UHGV virus genome: UHGV-0129253
DNA from: a virus
Length of the DNA stretch: 64,000 nt
Direction: 5' to 3' (one strand)
The notes beneath the pieces were generated by a model. The model saw nothing but the letters and a program-made list of their open reading frames with translations. It was not told where the DNA came from and ran no database searches. The position numbers and the translations under genes are program-made. Of this stretch, positions 1 to 9,229 are shown piece after piece; position 1 is the stretch's first letter, and each line of letters starts with the position of its first letter.

Positions 1-11
1 TCAAGTTTACA

Positions 12-650
12 TTGAAAGGTTATGCAGAGGATGCGGTAGGCCAGATCATTATTGATAAAGGCATCGTTAAGTTTGAGGGGGATTTTGATGAATCCGCGAA
101 AACATTCATAGACTTCGTTGCCAAACGTTGGAGCGAGCAATGGAAAGACCTGGAAAAGCGCGCTAGTGAGTTTGATCGGTTCATGGATGCAATGGATACA
201 GCAAAAGAGGCTCTTGCTGCCGGGACTCCGTTAGATCTGGAGTCACTTTTCAACGGCGAAGTGGCCTCTGCGATGTTCGCCACCATGTTCGCGGGTGAGT
301 TCGTCCGCAGCGGTGCCAAAAACTACCTTGAGCTGGATTACAACGTCCCTGCAATTGGCGATTTCGTCGTTACCATCCAACGCAAAGAAGGTAAGACGCC
401 AGGTGAACGCGTCGCAGAGCTTGAGGCCGTTGTGGATCAGCGTAACGGAGAGTGTGACCGTTTGATCAACGAGCTTCATGCACTTCGGGAAGAAAGAATA
501 TGCGCGGGTAGCAATACACGTAATGCAGCGGATATCTACTTCCAGTTAGTTGAGGAATGCCAGATTCCACCAGGCGGCTCTCTTGTCGATTACGTCAGAC
601 ATTTAATGGCGGAAGTTAACTCCAGCCATAAAGATGGTGAGGTGCGCTGA
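12..650 (+). CDS. Hypothetical protein, possibly 5'-partial (TTG at window edge, no upstream in-frame stop)
   Basis: 212-aa ORF; stop overlaps next start (ATGA). Confidence 0.45.
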   Translation: MKGYAEDAVGQIIIDKGIVKFEGDFDESAKTFIDFVAKRWSEQWKDLEKRASEFDRFMDAMDTAKEALAAGTPLDLESLFNGEVASAMFATMFAGEFVRSGAKNYLELDYNVPAIGDFVVTIQRKEGKTPGERVAELEAVVDQRNGECDRLINELHALREERICAGSNTRNAADIYFQLVEECQIPPGGSLVDYVRHLMAEVNSSHKDGEVR

Positions 651-1030
651 TGTTTGGCATTGACGCACAGCGTATAGCCGCTTTTGCAAAAAGCCCTCTT
701 GATAATCCCTTGTCTCGTAGTGAGCAAATGGAGCTGGCAAGGCTTTTTCTTCACATTCAAAAACAGGCAGACATTTTCAATAACATGCCTAATCAACCTA
801 TTCTGGATGGTCACATCCAGATGGTCATTAACAGTCATGAGAAAGGCTGGGCTGCAATCGTCCCCTGCACAATTACATACAAGTTGGCGAAAGAGGTTCA
901 AGAGTTTCGAAAAGCCAGTGTCGAATCGGAGTCTACCAAAGCCGCAATAAACACTCTTATTCGCATGGGGTTCACATGGACCGGTGGAGCCTACTGGCAA
1001 GCACCTCAACCCATTTTATCCGGCAATTAG
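650..1030 (+). CDS. Hypothetical protein
   Basis: 126-aa ORF translationally coupled to upstream ORF; hairpin downstream. Confidence 0.5.
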   Translation: MFGIDAQRIAAFAKSPLDNPLSRSEQMELARLFLHIQKQADIFNNMPNQPILDGHIQMVINSHEKGWAAIVPCTITYKLAKEVQEFRKASVESESTKAAINTLIRMGFTWTGGAYWQAPQPILSGN

Positions 1031-1061
1031 GCGCTACAAATCCTTCTGCATGAATAAATAA

Positions 1062-1080
1062 AGGCCATAACTTATGGCCT
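1062..1080 (+). terminator. Perfect hairpin AGGCCATAA-C-TTATGGCCT after ORF 650-1030 (no clear T-run)
   Basis: 9-bp inverted repeat read directly. Confidence 0.35.
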
Positions 1081-1081
1081 T

Positions 1082-1140
1082 AAATAAATTGTTTTCTACC
1101 TTTTCTTATTTGTGAAAATAAACCAGCACTTGGTAGTGCT
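1082..1140 (+). promoter_or_regulatory. Early-type promoter module: degenerate palindrome AAATAAATTGTTTT, TGTGAAAAT extended -10-like box, palindrome AGCACTtggtAGTGCT
   Basis: Same ~40-bp module (ATTTGTTTTCTACC...TGTGAAAAT) recurs at 8011 and 12461. Confidence 0.35.
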
Positions 1141-1168
1141 TATGTAACAGCAAAGAAGAGAAAAACAC

Positions 1169-1720
1169 ATGAGTAACAAAATCGAAAATCCCGTAGTTCT
1201 CATTCACAAGCGCGAGAACCACGACTCCTATGCGGTGGCGATCACCAATGGGAGTCACGATTTTTACGATGGCCTGCTAATGGCCTCAGTGTCGCCTGAT
1301 GAGGCAGACAACTCTTTTGCCGTCTTCGCTATGGTTGGTTACTACATGGCTGCCGAAATTGAGAAGTTGCGGGCGCAGAGAGACGCATTAGCGGCGGAGA
1401 ATGTGGCATTGCGATCTAAGGCTGCGGAACTGGCACATGAAGCGTCAAAAATTTACTCGGCATATAACGCCACTATCACAGAGCCTGACGGGGATTTTAT
1501 GGACATGCAGACATTGCATGAAATGCAGTGCATAGAAACTCCAGCCACCGATGCTTTTCTGGCTGAAGTACGTGCGCAGGGCGTGGATATGGCTCGTAAC
1601 GCGATGATTGATTTTGTTGATGGTGAAGTTGGGCCAAACAAGAACGTTCCGGGGCTGATTAGAGGCGCAGAGATATGCGTAAGTATTGCTGAACAGCTTC
1701 GCAAAGGAGGCAACCAGTGA
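1169..1720 (+). CDS. Ead/Ea22-like prophage early protein
   Basis: 183-aa ORF; resembles the ead/Ea22-like family of lambdoid prophage early regions (from memory, not searched). Confidence 0.55.
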   Translation: MSNKIENPVVLIHKRENHDSYAVAITNGSHDFYDGLLMASVSPDEADNSFAVFAMVGYYMAAEIEKLRAQRDALAAENVALRSKAAELAHEASKIYSAYNATITEPDGDFMDMQTLHEMQCIETPATDAFLAEVRAQGVDMARNAMIDFVDGEVGPNKNVPGLIRGAEICVSIAEQLRKGGNQ

Positions 1721-2523
1721 GCAAGATTGACTATCAGGCACTGCGTGAAAAGGCAGAGAAAGCAACGTGTGGCGAGTGGGCGCTAGAATATGGAGATGGC
1801 AGATTTGATGGTGATGATGCACTAATTCATCGCGAGGCTGCTGGATATATTCCCATTTGCAGAATTGAAGGAGCGCATCCTGAAAGCGGTTTCGATGAAG
1901 ATTTCCAAATGGAGCAGCAGGCCAATGCTGAATTCATCGCCGCAGCCAACCCGGCTACTGTGCTGGTATTACTGGATGAACGGGAAAGGAACCAGCAATA
2001 CATCAAACGCCGTGACCAGGAGAACGAGGATATTGCGCTAACGGTTGGGAAGCTGCGCGTTGAGCTGGAAGCCGCAGAGAAGCGCATTGCTGAACTGGAG
2101 TCACTGATGGAACCAAAGTTACCGCAGCCAGCGGTGGTTGACAACGATAAGTTCCGAGCGGATTTTGAACGGTGGATGGTTGAGGATGAAAAGTGCATCG
2201 TAGGAAGCTCTGACCCTTATCCAGCTGGGATTGAGTCACGCAACTGGAGAGCATGGAACGCCTGCCGCGCCGCCATGCTTCAGAGTCAAGATAGTGGCAT
2301 TAAGGATAGCTGGATAAGCTGTAGTGAGCGAATGCCGGATACCAAAACAGCCGTTCTTGTTGCCAAGGAGTTTGATAGGAAAGGTGACTGGCGAATGAAA
2401 TGGGCGACTTACATCCCGGGGCATCCTGACGCTAATGATGGGTGGATCATTCCTGGGGCGTCGTGGAAACCGTCACACTGGATGCAGCTACCAGAACCTC
2501 CGCAGGAGTCGCAGAGTGAATAA
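1717..2523 (+). CDS. Ead/Ea22-like family protein with coiled-coil and Trp-rich C-terminal region
   Basis: 268-aa ORF, GTG start overlapping upstream stop. Confidence 0.5.
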   Translation: MSKIDYQALREKAEKATCGEWALEYGDGRFDGDDALIHREAAGYIPICRIEGAHPESGFDEDFQMEQQANAEFIAAANPATVLVLLDERERNQQYIKRRDQENEDIALTVGKLRVELEAAEKRIAELESLMEPKLPQPAVVDNDKFRADFERWMVEDEKCIVGSSDPYPAGIESRNWRAWNACRAAMLQSQDSGIKDSWISCSERMPDTKTAVLVAKEFDRKGDWRMKWATYIPGHPDANDGWIIPGASWKPSHWMQLPEPPQESQSE

Positions 2524-2737
2524 AGCAGAGTTATTTCAGAAAATATCGGCTCTCGCGACTGAATGTCACGCTATAGCATCTGAGCTTGATGTTGGCGGTG
2601 AACGAACCGAGATGTTCGAAATATACAGTGTGCTGCGCAATCTCTGTCGGCGTGGCTACGCCACTCAAGTAGGGCGAATGACTAACCCACTACTCTCATC
2701 CTGTGATGAGGATGACTCGGATGAGGATGACGAATGA
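2516..2737 (+). CDS. Small hypothetical protein with acidic C-terminus (DEDDSDEDDE)
   Basis: GTG start at 2516 with AGGAG ~9 nt upstream; the ORF track's longer start overlaps the upstream gene. Confidence 0.45.
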   Translation: MNKAELFQKISALATECHAIASELDVGGERTEMFEIYSVLRNLCRRGYATQVGRMTNPLLSSCDEDDSDEDDE

Positions 2738-3399
2738 TGCATAAATCAGTAGCCGGTGAGTTTCAGAAGGAAGTCGATAATACTACCGTTCTATTGGACG
2801 ATATTTTAAGCATTCTCGCGCTTCTTGAGGCTGGCGATTGGTCAGAACATTGCACTAAAACGGAGTTAGGCGGTCGGCTTGAAAGAGAGATTACACGACT
2901 TATTGGTGATGCGCAGGAAGCTACAGTCACTAGTTATGAGTTAATCGCTGAAGCCTGGCGTTTGATGGATGGACAAGATCCTAAAACTAGCGATTGGCAT
3001 AGCAAGGCTTCGAAGTATTTAAATTCCGATAGGGTAGAAAAAGTTGATGATGTGAAACCGAAGCCAGTAGACCACGGTTTCCGCGATAACTGCGAATGCT
3101 CTAGTTGCCAGACCACGGCCCGTATTTGTTCCGAATTGACAGATAAGTCCAGCCTAATCTACGAAGTTAATGTAGGCGGTAATACATGGGTCGAATGCAC
3201 AAGAGCTGCATACGTAAGAGCAAAAGACAAGGGTGAATTAACCAGAGTTGTTGCCCATCACCCAAATAATGAGCTTAAAGATCACCAGATTAGAGAACTG
3301 GTGAACGAGTTGCGGGATATTGCGGTTCAGTACCACGGAACGCAGCAATTGCGGGAGAAAATTGCCAGAGCAGTGAACAACTCAGTCCGTAAAAAATAA
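2734..3399 (+). CDS. Hypothetical protein (Cys cluster CECSSCQ)
   Basis: 221-aa ORF, ATGA overlap with upstream gene. Confidence 0.5.
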   Translation: MMHKSVAGEFQKEVDNTTVLLDDILSILALLEAGDWSEHCTKTELGGRLEREITRLIGDAQEATVTSYELIAEAWRLMDGQDPKTSDWHSKASKYLNSDRVEKVDDVKPKPVDHGFRDNCECSSCQTTARICSELTDKSSLIYEVNVGGNTWVECTRAAYVRAKDKGELTRVVAHHPNNELKDHQIRELVNELRDIAVQYHGTQQLREKIARAVNNSVRKK

Positions 3400-3786
3400 G
3401 CAATAGTACGATAAAGAGGCCCCATGCTCTTGATGGGGCCTGTAGCAACTAGCGTTATGGACGCTGGTTTACGTACTCAATGATCGCTTTGATAATCGCG
3501 AACATCGGCGGCACGATTTTGAACAGTAAGTTAACCATAACAGGCCTCACTTAGTTTTATCGCGCCTAGCTGCAAATACCTTTGGGCTTGCCTTTGCAGT
3601 TGCAATATCTGTAGTCGCCAGATACTTACGGCACGATTTCGAGTTAAGGTAAGGTTTTAGAGTCACCAAAAACCTGGACTTAAATCTTCTTTGAGAACAA
3701 CGATGTTTAGTAAATGGTCATTATTACCTGGTATGACCACTCAACGTTTCTTGATGAATCCAGTACATTCGGTTAATCTTAATTCA

Positions 3787-3870
3787 GTCGCCAGATACTT
3801 ATGGCTCAGGAACAGAGCCGCAAACTCTGTTTCCTTTTAAAAAGCCCAGCCTAGTCAACTGGGCTTTTTA
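3787..3870 (+). ncRNA. Candidate small RNA: repeated 16-mer AGTCGCCAGATACTTA, then hairpin AGGAACAGAG/CTCTGTTTCCT, then terminator hairpin plus T-run
   Basis: No ORF; two hairpins and a terminator in ~65 nt; the 16-mer also occurs at 3615. Confidence 0.25.
3843..3870 (+). terminator. Rho-independent terminator (AGCCCAG...CTGGGCT + TTTTT)
   Basis: 7-bp stem, 9-nt loop, T5 run. Confidence 0.55.
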
Positions 3871-4164
3871 ATGTCTATTTTTAACCCAACATACCCTCAA
3901 TACTGCAACATCAGTGTCTTGCGAATTAAGATAGTGTGAATAGATTTTTCATGCAAGTGCATAAGCCTGTGGATAACTCAGGAAGGAAAAAGTGACTTCT
4001 GCGCACTTTAGACAGGACAAGGCGTTCGAAAAAGTCAATGGGAAGAAAAAATTTGTTAAAAATAACGTTTGTTTGAATTGTATATATTTATGCCTTTCAA
4101 TAGTTAGCATCTTATTAACATCTTTTTTAAGAGATAGAGTTCAAAAATATATAGCTTCAATATA

Positions 4165-4184
4165 TACTGTATGTGTATACAGTA
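4165..4184. promoter_or_regulatory. LexA (SOS) box TACTGTATGTGTATACAGTA
   Basis: Perfect CTGT-N8-ACAG, 17 nt upstream of the UmuD'-like start. Confidence 0.7.
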
Positions 4185-4200
4185 TTAAGAGGCGAGTATT

Positions 4201-4590
4201 ATGGGCTTCCCTTCTCCTGCGGCGGATTATGCTGAGAGCCGTATTTCTCTTGATCAGCAGATAATTAGACATCCTTCAGCGACCTACTTCATGAGGGCAG
4301 CTGATAGTCATCATCGTGAGGGAATATTACAGGGTGCATTGCTGGTGGTCGATTCCTCACTTACCCCGGTTGATGGTTCTCTGCTTGTATGCGCTCTGGA
4401 TGGGGAATATCGCGTAAAAAGATACCGGAAGTACCCACGTCAGCATCTGGAGGATTTAAGAACCGGTAAGAAGGAAGCATTGCCAAAGGATGACGATGGA
4501 TGCACGGGCAGCAATGCCGTGTTTGGTGTGATCACTCACATTATCAACGACGCAAGAAGTGGCGAGTTTGATGATTGTCCTGTGATGTAG
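4201..4590 (+). CDS. UmuD'-like SOS mutagenesis protein (S24 LexA-like peptidase fold), HumD-like pre-processed form
   Basis: MGFPSPAADY...HPSATYF... begins at the UmuD Cys24-Gly25 cleavage position; LexA box upstream; no umuC partner in window. Confidence 0.75.
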   Translation: MGFPSPAADYAESRISLDQQIIRHPSATYFMRAADSHHREGILQGALLVVDSSLTPVDGSLLVCALDGEYRVKRYRKYPRQHLEDLRTGKKEALPKDDDGCTGSNAVFGVITHIINDARSGEFDDCPVM

Positions 4591-4601
4591 GAGAACTGTT
4601 T

Positions 4602-4626
4602 AGGTGGTGCAATGCACCACCTTTTT
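4602..4626 (+). terminator. Hairpin AGGTGGTGCA-A-TGCACCACCT + TTTT between convergent humD-like and mrp
   Basis: 10-bp stem plus T-run. Confidence 0.55.
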
Positions 4627-4627
4627 A

Positions 4628-5728
4628 TCACACTGCGCGGAATGCGATTTCGCCAGGTATTACTTCACCTTGCCAATACATTTGGGCAGCAACGCGATCT
4701 GCGAGGTCACGATAAATAGCCGTAAATTCACTATCTGGACGACTAATAACGGTTGGTGTTCCGTTATCCAGATCTTCACGAAGAGAGATATGAAGTGGCA
4801 TTTGGCCTAACAACTGCGTGTTGTATTTCTCGGCCAGTTTCTGTGCGCCACCGGTGCCAAAAATTGGCTCGTGATGACCGCAGTTACTGCAAATATGCAC
4901 ACTCATGTTTTCGACGATACCCAGTACCGGCACTTCGACTTTTTCGAACATCACAATGCCTTTCTTCGCATCGATCAGCGCGATGTCTTGCGGCGTAGTT
5001 ACCACAACCGCACCAGTTACAGGAATGTTCTGCGCCAGCGTCAACTGAATATCACCAGTGCCCGGCGGCATATCGAGAACGAGATAGTCCAGATCAGGCC
5101 ATATAGTTTCCTGCAACATCTGCATCAGCGCCTTGCTGGCCATCGGTCCACGCCACACCATTGCATTGTCGTCGGTGACCAGATAACCAATAGAGTTGGT
5201 TGCCAGGCCATGAGACATGATAGGTGCCATGTGAGTACCGTCAGGTGAGGTTGGACGTTGGTTTTCCGCGCCCAGCATGGTTGGAATTGATGGACCATAG
5301 ATATCGGCATCCAAAATACCAACTTTCGCACCTTCAGCAGCCAACGCCAGTGCCAGGTTTACCGCCGTGGAGGATTTACCCACGCCGCCCTTGCCTGAGC
5401 TGACGGCGATAATGTTCTTAACGCCATTAATGCCTGGTTGGTTTTTGACGCGCTTAAGCGTGGCAATGTTGTACGACAGCTTCCAGTCAATAGCCTTTGC
5501 GCCAGTGATACGGAGCAGATCACCACTACATTGCTCTTTCAGGTCTTCAAAAGGCTTATTCCACACGAAAGGCATGATTAGTTCGACATGCAGTGTGTCA
5601 TCCATCAACGCAACATGGTGTAACGCTTTAAGCGTAGTCAGGTTGTGTTTCAGGGTTGGGTGCTGAAAATTAGCCAGCGTACCGGCTACCATTGCTCTCA
5701 GGGCATCCGGCGATTTGGACTCGCTCAT
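4628..5728 (-). CDS. mrp: Iron-sulfur cluster carrier ATPase Mrp/ApbC
   Basis: 366 aa, P-loop SSGKGGVGKS, near-full-length match to enterobacterial Mrp; divergent from metG as in E. coli. Confidence 0.9.
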   Translation of the reverse strand: MSESKSPDALRAMVAGTLANFQHPTLKHNLTTLKALHHVALMDDTLHVELIMPFVWNKPFEDLKEQCSGDLLRITGAKAIDWKLSYNIATLKRVKNQPGINGVKNIIAVSSGKGGVGKSSTAVNLALALAAEGAKVGILDADIYGPSIPTMLGAENQRPTSPDGTHMAPIMSHGLATNSIGYLVTDDNAMVWRGPMASKALMQMLQETIWPDLDYLVLDMPPGTGDIQLTLAQNIPVTGAVVVTTPQDIALIDAKKGIVMFEKVEVPVLGIVENMSVHICSNCGHHEPIFGTGGAQKLAEKYNTQLLGQMPLHISLREDLDNGTPTVISRPDSEFTAIYRDLADRVAAQMYWQGEVIPGEIAFRAV

Positions 5729-5885
5729 CCCGTCTCCTTTATTTTAATTTGCGCAATTGTCGCCTTGTAGTGTACTCCAGCTACGGCATTTAATCATTTA
5801 TGAGAAATGCTGTTATCACATGGCAGACATAAGGCCATTTTGTTACTATCAAGCCCCTTTTCACTACAAAGAAGTAATGCCTACT

Positions 5886-7919
5886 ATGACCCAAGTCGCG
5901 AAGAAAATTCTGGTGACGTGCGCGCTGCCGTACGCTAACGGCTCAATCCACCTCGGCCATATGCTGGAGCACATCCAGGCTGATGTCTGGGTTCGTTACC
6001 AGCGAATGCGCGGCCACGAGGTTAATTTCATCTGTGCCGACGATGCCCACGGTACGCCGATCATGCTGAAAGCGCAGCAGCTTGGTATCACACCGGAGCA
6101 GATGATTGGCGAAATGAGTCAGGAACACCAGACTGATTTCGCAGGCTTTAACATCAGCTATGACAACTATCACTCGACGCACAGCGAAGAGAACCGCCAG
6201 CTGTCTGAGCTTATCTATACTCGCCTGAAAGAGAACGGTTTTATTAAAAACCGCACTATCTCTCAGTTGTACGATCCGGAAAAAGGCATGTTCCTGCCGG
6301 ACCGTTTTGTAAAAGGCACCTGCCCGAAATGTAAAGCGCCAGATCAATACGGCGATAACTGTGAAGTCTGCGGCGCAACATATAGCCCGACTGAATTGAT
6401 CGAGCCGAAATCGGTGGTTTCTGGCGCTACCCCGGTAATGCGTGATTCTGAACACTTCTTCTTTGATCTACCCTCTTTCAGCGAAATGTTGCAGGCATGG
6501 ACCCGCAGCGGCGCGTTGCAGGAGCAGGTGGCGAACAAAATGCAGGAATGGTTTGAATCCGGCCTGCAACAGTGGGATATCTCCCGCGATGCGCCTTACT
6601 TCGGTTTTGAAATTCCGAACGCGCCGGGCAAATATTTCTACGTCTGGCTGGACGCGCCGATTGGCTACATGGGTTCCTTCAAGAATCTGTGCGACAAGCG
6701 CGGCGATACCACCAGCTTCGATGAATACTGGAAGAAAGACTCCACCGCCGAGCTGTACCACTTCATCGGTAAAGATATTGTTTACTTCCACAGCCTGTTC
6801 TGGCCTGCCATGCTGGAAGGCAGCAACTTCCGCAAGCCGACCAACCTGTTTGTTCACGGCTATGTGACGGTGAACGGCGCGAAGATGTCCAAGTCTCGCG
6901 GCACCTTTATTAAAGCCAGCACCTGGCTGAATCATTTTGACGCTGACAGCCTGCGTTACTACTACACTGCGAAACTCTCTTCGCGCATTGATGATATCGA
7001 TCTCAACCTGGAGGATTTCGTTCAGCGCGTGAATGCCGATATCGTGAACAAAGTGGTTAACCTGGCCTCTCGTAATGCAGGCTTTATCAACAAGCGTTTT
7101 GACGGCGTGCTGGCAGGCGAACTGGCTGACCCGCAACTGTACAAAACCTTTACTGATGCCGCTGAAGTGATTGGCGAAGCATGGGAAAGCCGCGAATTTG
7201 GTAAAGCTATCCGTGAAATCATGGCACTGGCTGACCTGGCTAACCGCTATGTCGATGAACAGGCTCCGTGGGTGGTGGCGAAGCAGGAAGGTCGCGATGC
7301 CGATCTGCAGGCGATTTGCTCTATGGGCATTAACCTGTTCCGCGTGCTGATGACTTACCTGAAACCGGTACTGCCGAAACTGACTGAACGTGCAGAAGCA
7401 TTCCTGAATACAGAACTGACCTGGGATGGTATCCAGCAACCGCTGCTGGGCCATAAAGTGAATCCGTTCAAGGCACTGTATAACCGTATCGATATGAAAC
7501 AGGTGGAAGCACTGGTGGAAGCATCCAAAGAAGAAGTGAAAGCCACAGCCGCACCGGTAACTGGCCCACTGGCTGACGACCCGATTCAGGAAACCATCAC
7601 CTTTGACGACTTCGCCAAAGTTGACCTGCGTGTGGCGCTGATTGAAAACGCGGAGTTTGTTGAAGGTTCTGACAAACTGTTGCGCCTGACGCTGGATCTC
7701 GGCGGTGAAAAACGCAATGTCTTCTCAGGCATCCGTTCTGCTTATCCAGACCCACAGGCACTGATTGGTCGTCACACCATTATGGTGGCTAACCTGGCTC
7801 CGCGTAAAATGCGCTTCGGTATCTCCGAAGGCATGGTGATGGCTGCTGGCCCCGGCGGGAAAGATATCTTCCTGTTAAGCCCGGATGTCGGTGCTAAACC
7901 TGGCCACCAGGTTAAGTAA
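5886..7919 (+). CDS. metG: Methionine--tRNA ligase
   Basis: 677 aa from ATG 5886 ([25 protein letters not shown]...); HIGH-type and KMSKS motifs; the ORF track's 5757 start is an upstream artefact. Confidence 0.95.
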   Translation: MTQVAKKILVTCALPYANGSIHLGHMLEHIQADVWVRYQRMRGHEVNFICADDAHGTPIMLKAQQLGITPEQMIGEMSQEHQTDFAGFNISYDNYHSTHSEENRQLSELIYTRLKENGFIKNRTISQLYDPEKGMFLPDRFVKGTCPKCKAPDQYGDNCEVCGATYSPTELIEPKSVVSGATPVMRDSEHFFFDLPSFSEMLQAWTRSGALQEQVANKMQEWFESGLQQWDISRDAPYFGFEIPNAPGKYFYVWLDAPIGYMGSFKNLCDKRGDTTSFDEYWKKDSTAELYHFIGKDIVYFHSLFWPAMLEGSNFRKPTNLFVHGYVTVNGAKMSKSRGTFIKASTWLNHFDADSLRYYYTAKLSSRIDDIDLNLEDFVQRVNADIVNKVVNLASRNAGFINKRFDGVLAGELADPQLYKTFTDAAEVIGEAWESREFGKAIREIMALADLANRYVDEQAPWVVAKQEGRDADLQAICSMGINLFRVLMTYLKPVLPKLTERAEAFLNTELTWDGIQQPLLGHKVNPFKALYNRIDMKQVEALVEASKEEVKATAAPVTGPLADDPIQETITFDDFAKVDLRVALIENAEFVEGSDKLLRLTLDLGGEKRNVFSGIRSAYPDPQALIGRHTIMVANLAPRKMRFGISEGMVMAAGPGGKDIFLLSPDVGAKPGHQVK

Positions 7920-7941
7920 TTAAGCAACCATTCTTCACAAT

Positions 7942-7965
7942 GCCCAGCAATACGCTGGGCATTTT
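7942..7965 (+). terminator. metG terminator (GCCCAGC...GCTGGGC + TTTT)
   Basis: Hairpin plus T-run 23 nt after stop. Confidence 0.55.
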
Positions 7966-8003
7966 CATATAGACACAACCCCTTCTGACTTTAACAAACC
8001 CTA

Positions 8004-8018
8004 AAACAATTTGTTTTC
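8004..8018. promoter_or_regulatory. Early-type palindrome AAAACAA-T-TTGTTTT
   Basis: Perfect 7-bp arms; upstream of a GATAAT -10-like box. Confidence 0.4.
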
Positions 8019-8052
8019 TACCTTTTATTGATTGAGATAATAAGCCACATAA

Positions 8053-8068
8053 GAAAACAAATTGTTTC
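8053..8068. promoter_or_regulatory. Early-type palindrome GAAAACAAATTGTTTC
   Basis: 13 nt upstream of ATG 8081. Confidence 0.4.
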
Positions 8069-8080
8069 GGAGTGGTTGAA

Positions 8081-8380
8081 ATGTTGAACATTACCCAAGC
8101 CTACCAGGTGGCATTGATCAGTTCATCTCATACATCAGAGGAAGATGCTCGCCGATTCATGATCGCAAGCAATGAGCTGGATTGGGTTTCACAAATTGAC
8201 GGCGGTTGTATTGTCCACGCTGGGTTACAGGATGATGTCTGGAAAGAGGACTTGCGTCGATATGGTATATCCGAAGGCGCGATTGCTAACATTCAGAAAG
8301 TACTTGATGTAGGCTTTGACTCTGTACATTTTGATTGTGGTGCGCCGGTCGTTGAAGGGCTTGAGTGCTGGAACTGGTAA
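8081..8380 (+). CDS. Hypothetical protein
   Basis: ATG 8081 with GGAG upstream. Confidence 0.5.
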   Translation: MLNITQAYQVALISSSHTSEEDARRFMIASNELDWVSQIDGGCIVHAGLQDDVWKEDLRRYGISEGAIANIQKVLDVGFDSVHFDCGAPVVEGLECWNW

Positions 8381-8425
8381 CAGATATTAAAGCATTGGTA
8401 GTTTGTTTTTAGGATTATCAAAGAA

Positions 8426-9160
8426 ATGAAAAAGTTGAAAAGTTTAGAAATCCCTGGGACTGGTTATAAATTCTTTATGGACAACGCGGAGTGTGCACCT
8501 AACGCGTTGGAAAAAATACAAAGTCTTATCAACAGCCTTACTGAAGAAGCGAAAGAACTGAATAGCGAGGCGACAAAGGACAATACAGCTAAAATCCAAT
8601 GCTTAAATCTCGTTTCTTATTGTTTATATCAAGTGTCCAAGACACTGATTAAAGGCAATATCTATTACGACGATGAAGACACCTCGACACCTGAAGAAAA
8701 AGATAGCGATGAAGAACTCTATGAAGATATCTCTACTAGTGCGGGTCACGCTGCCTTCGATGCTATGGGTAAATCGTCAGGCATCAGATCGTTTGTTGAA
8801 CAGAACAATTCGACAATAATGATTGAGTACTGTGAACAAACAAGCTCCAAGGCCATACATGTTCTTCACGATGTTGCTGCAGGGGTTCGCTGTGAGGCTG
8901 AAGCGGTCAGAAAAGATGTATTTGGTGCAGACAGTAATACCGTGAAAGCGTTCATCAACAGTGCTCTGCTAAATTCTTACTCAAACCTTATCGTCAATGC
9001 GGCACTATGCGCAAATTCTGGTGAAGAACACATTGTCATAACCGAAACCAAATATGAGCATCAACAGTCACCAACCATAGAAGAGGTAACTGCATTGGCT
9101 ATCAAACAGGCGAGTGAAATTAGTGATGAAATTCTCTCTCTGCTAAACAAAACTAAGTAA
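8426..9160 (+). CDS. Hypothetical acidic protein
   Basis: 244-aa ORF with acidic stretches (DDEDTSTPEEKDSDEELYED). Confidence 0.5.
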   Translation: MKKLKSLEIPGTGYKFFMDNAECAPNALEKIQSLINSLTEEAKELNSEATKDNTAKIQCLNLVSYCLYQVSKTLIKGNIYYDDEDTSTPEEKDSDEELYEDISTSAGHAAFDAMGKSSGIRSFVEQNNSTIMIEYCEQTSSKAIHVLHDVAAGVRCEAEAVRKDVFGADSNTVKAFINSALLNSYSNLIVNAALCANSGEEHIVITETKYEHQQSPTIEEVTALAIKQASEISDEILSLLNKTK

Positions 9161-9229
9161 AACATTGATAATGGCGGTCACAATTTGATTCTTTTCTATA
9201 AGAATCCGTTGATCGCCACTACTCCCCTT

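Larger units (their letters stand above)
1..4590. mobile_element. Phage-like early segment (Ead/Ea22-like genes, SOS-regulated HumD-like gene) left of mrp-metG
   Basis: Short coupled ORFs of phage-early type; shares the promoter/palindrome module found right of metG. Confidence 0.5.

Noticed and set aside
3992-4264. 90-aa ORF overlapping the LexA box and the start of the UmuD'-like gene
   Set aside because: Hydrophobic low-complexity translation of an AT-rich promoter region; conflicts with the well-supported UmuD'-like frame.
5943-7454. Minus-strand ORFs (170 and 328 aa) inside metG
   Set aside because: Fully embedded antisense to a strongly supported, conserved metG reading frame; no independent signals.
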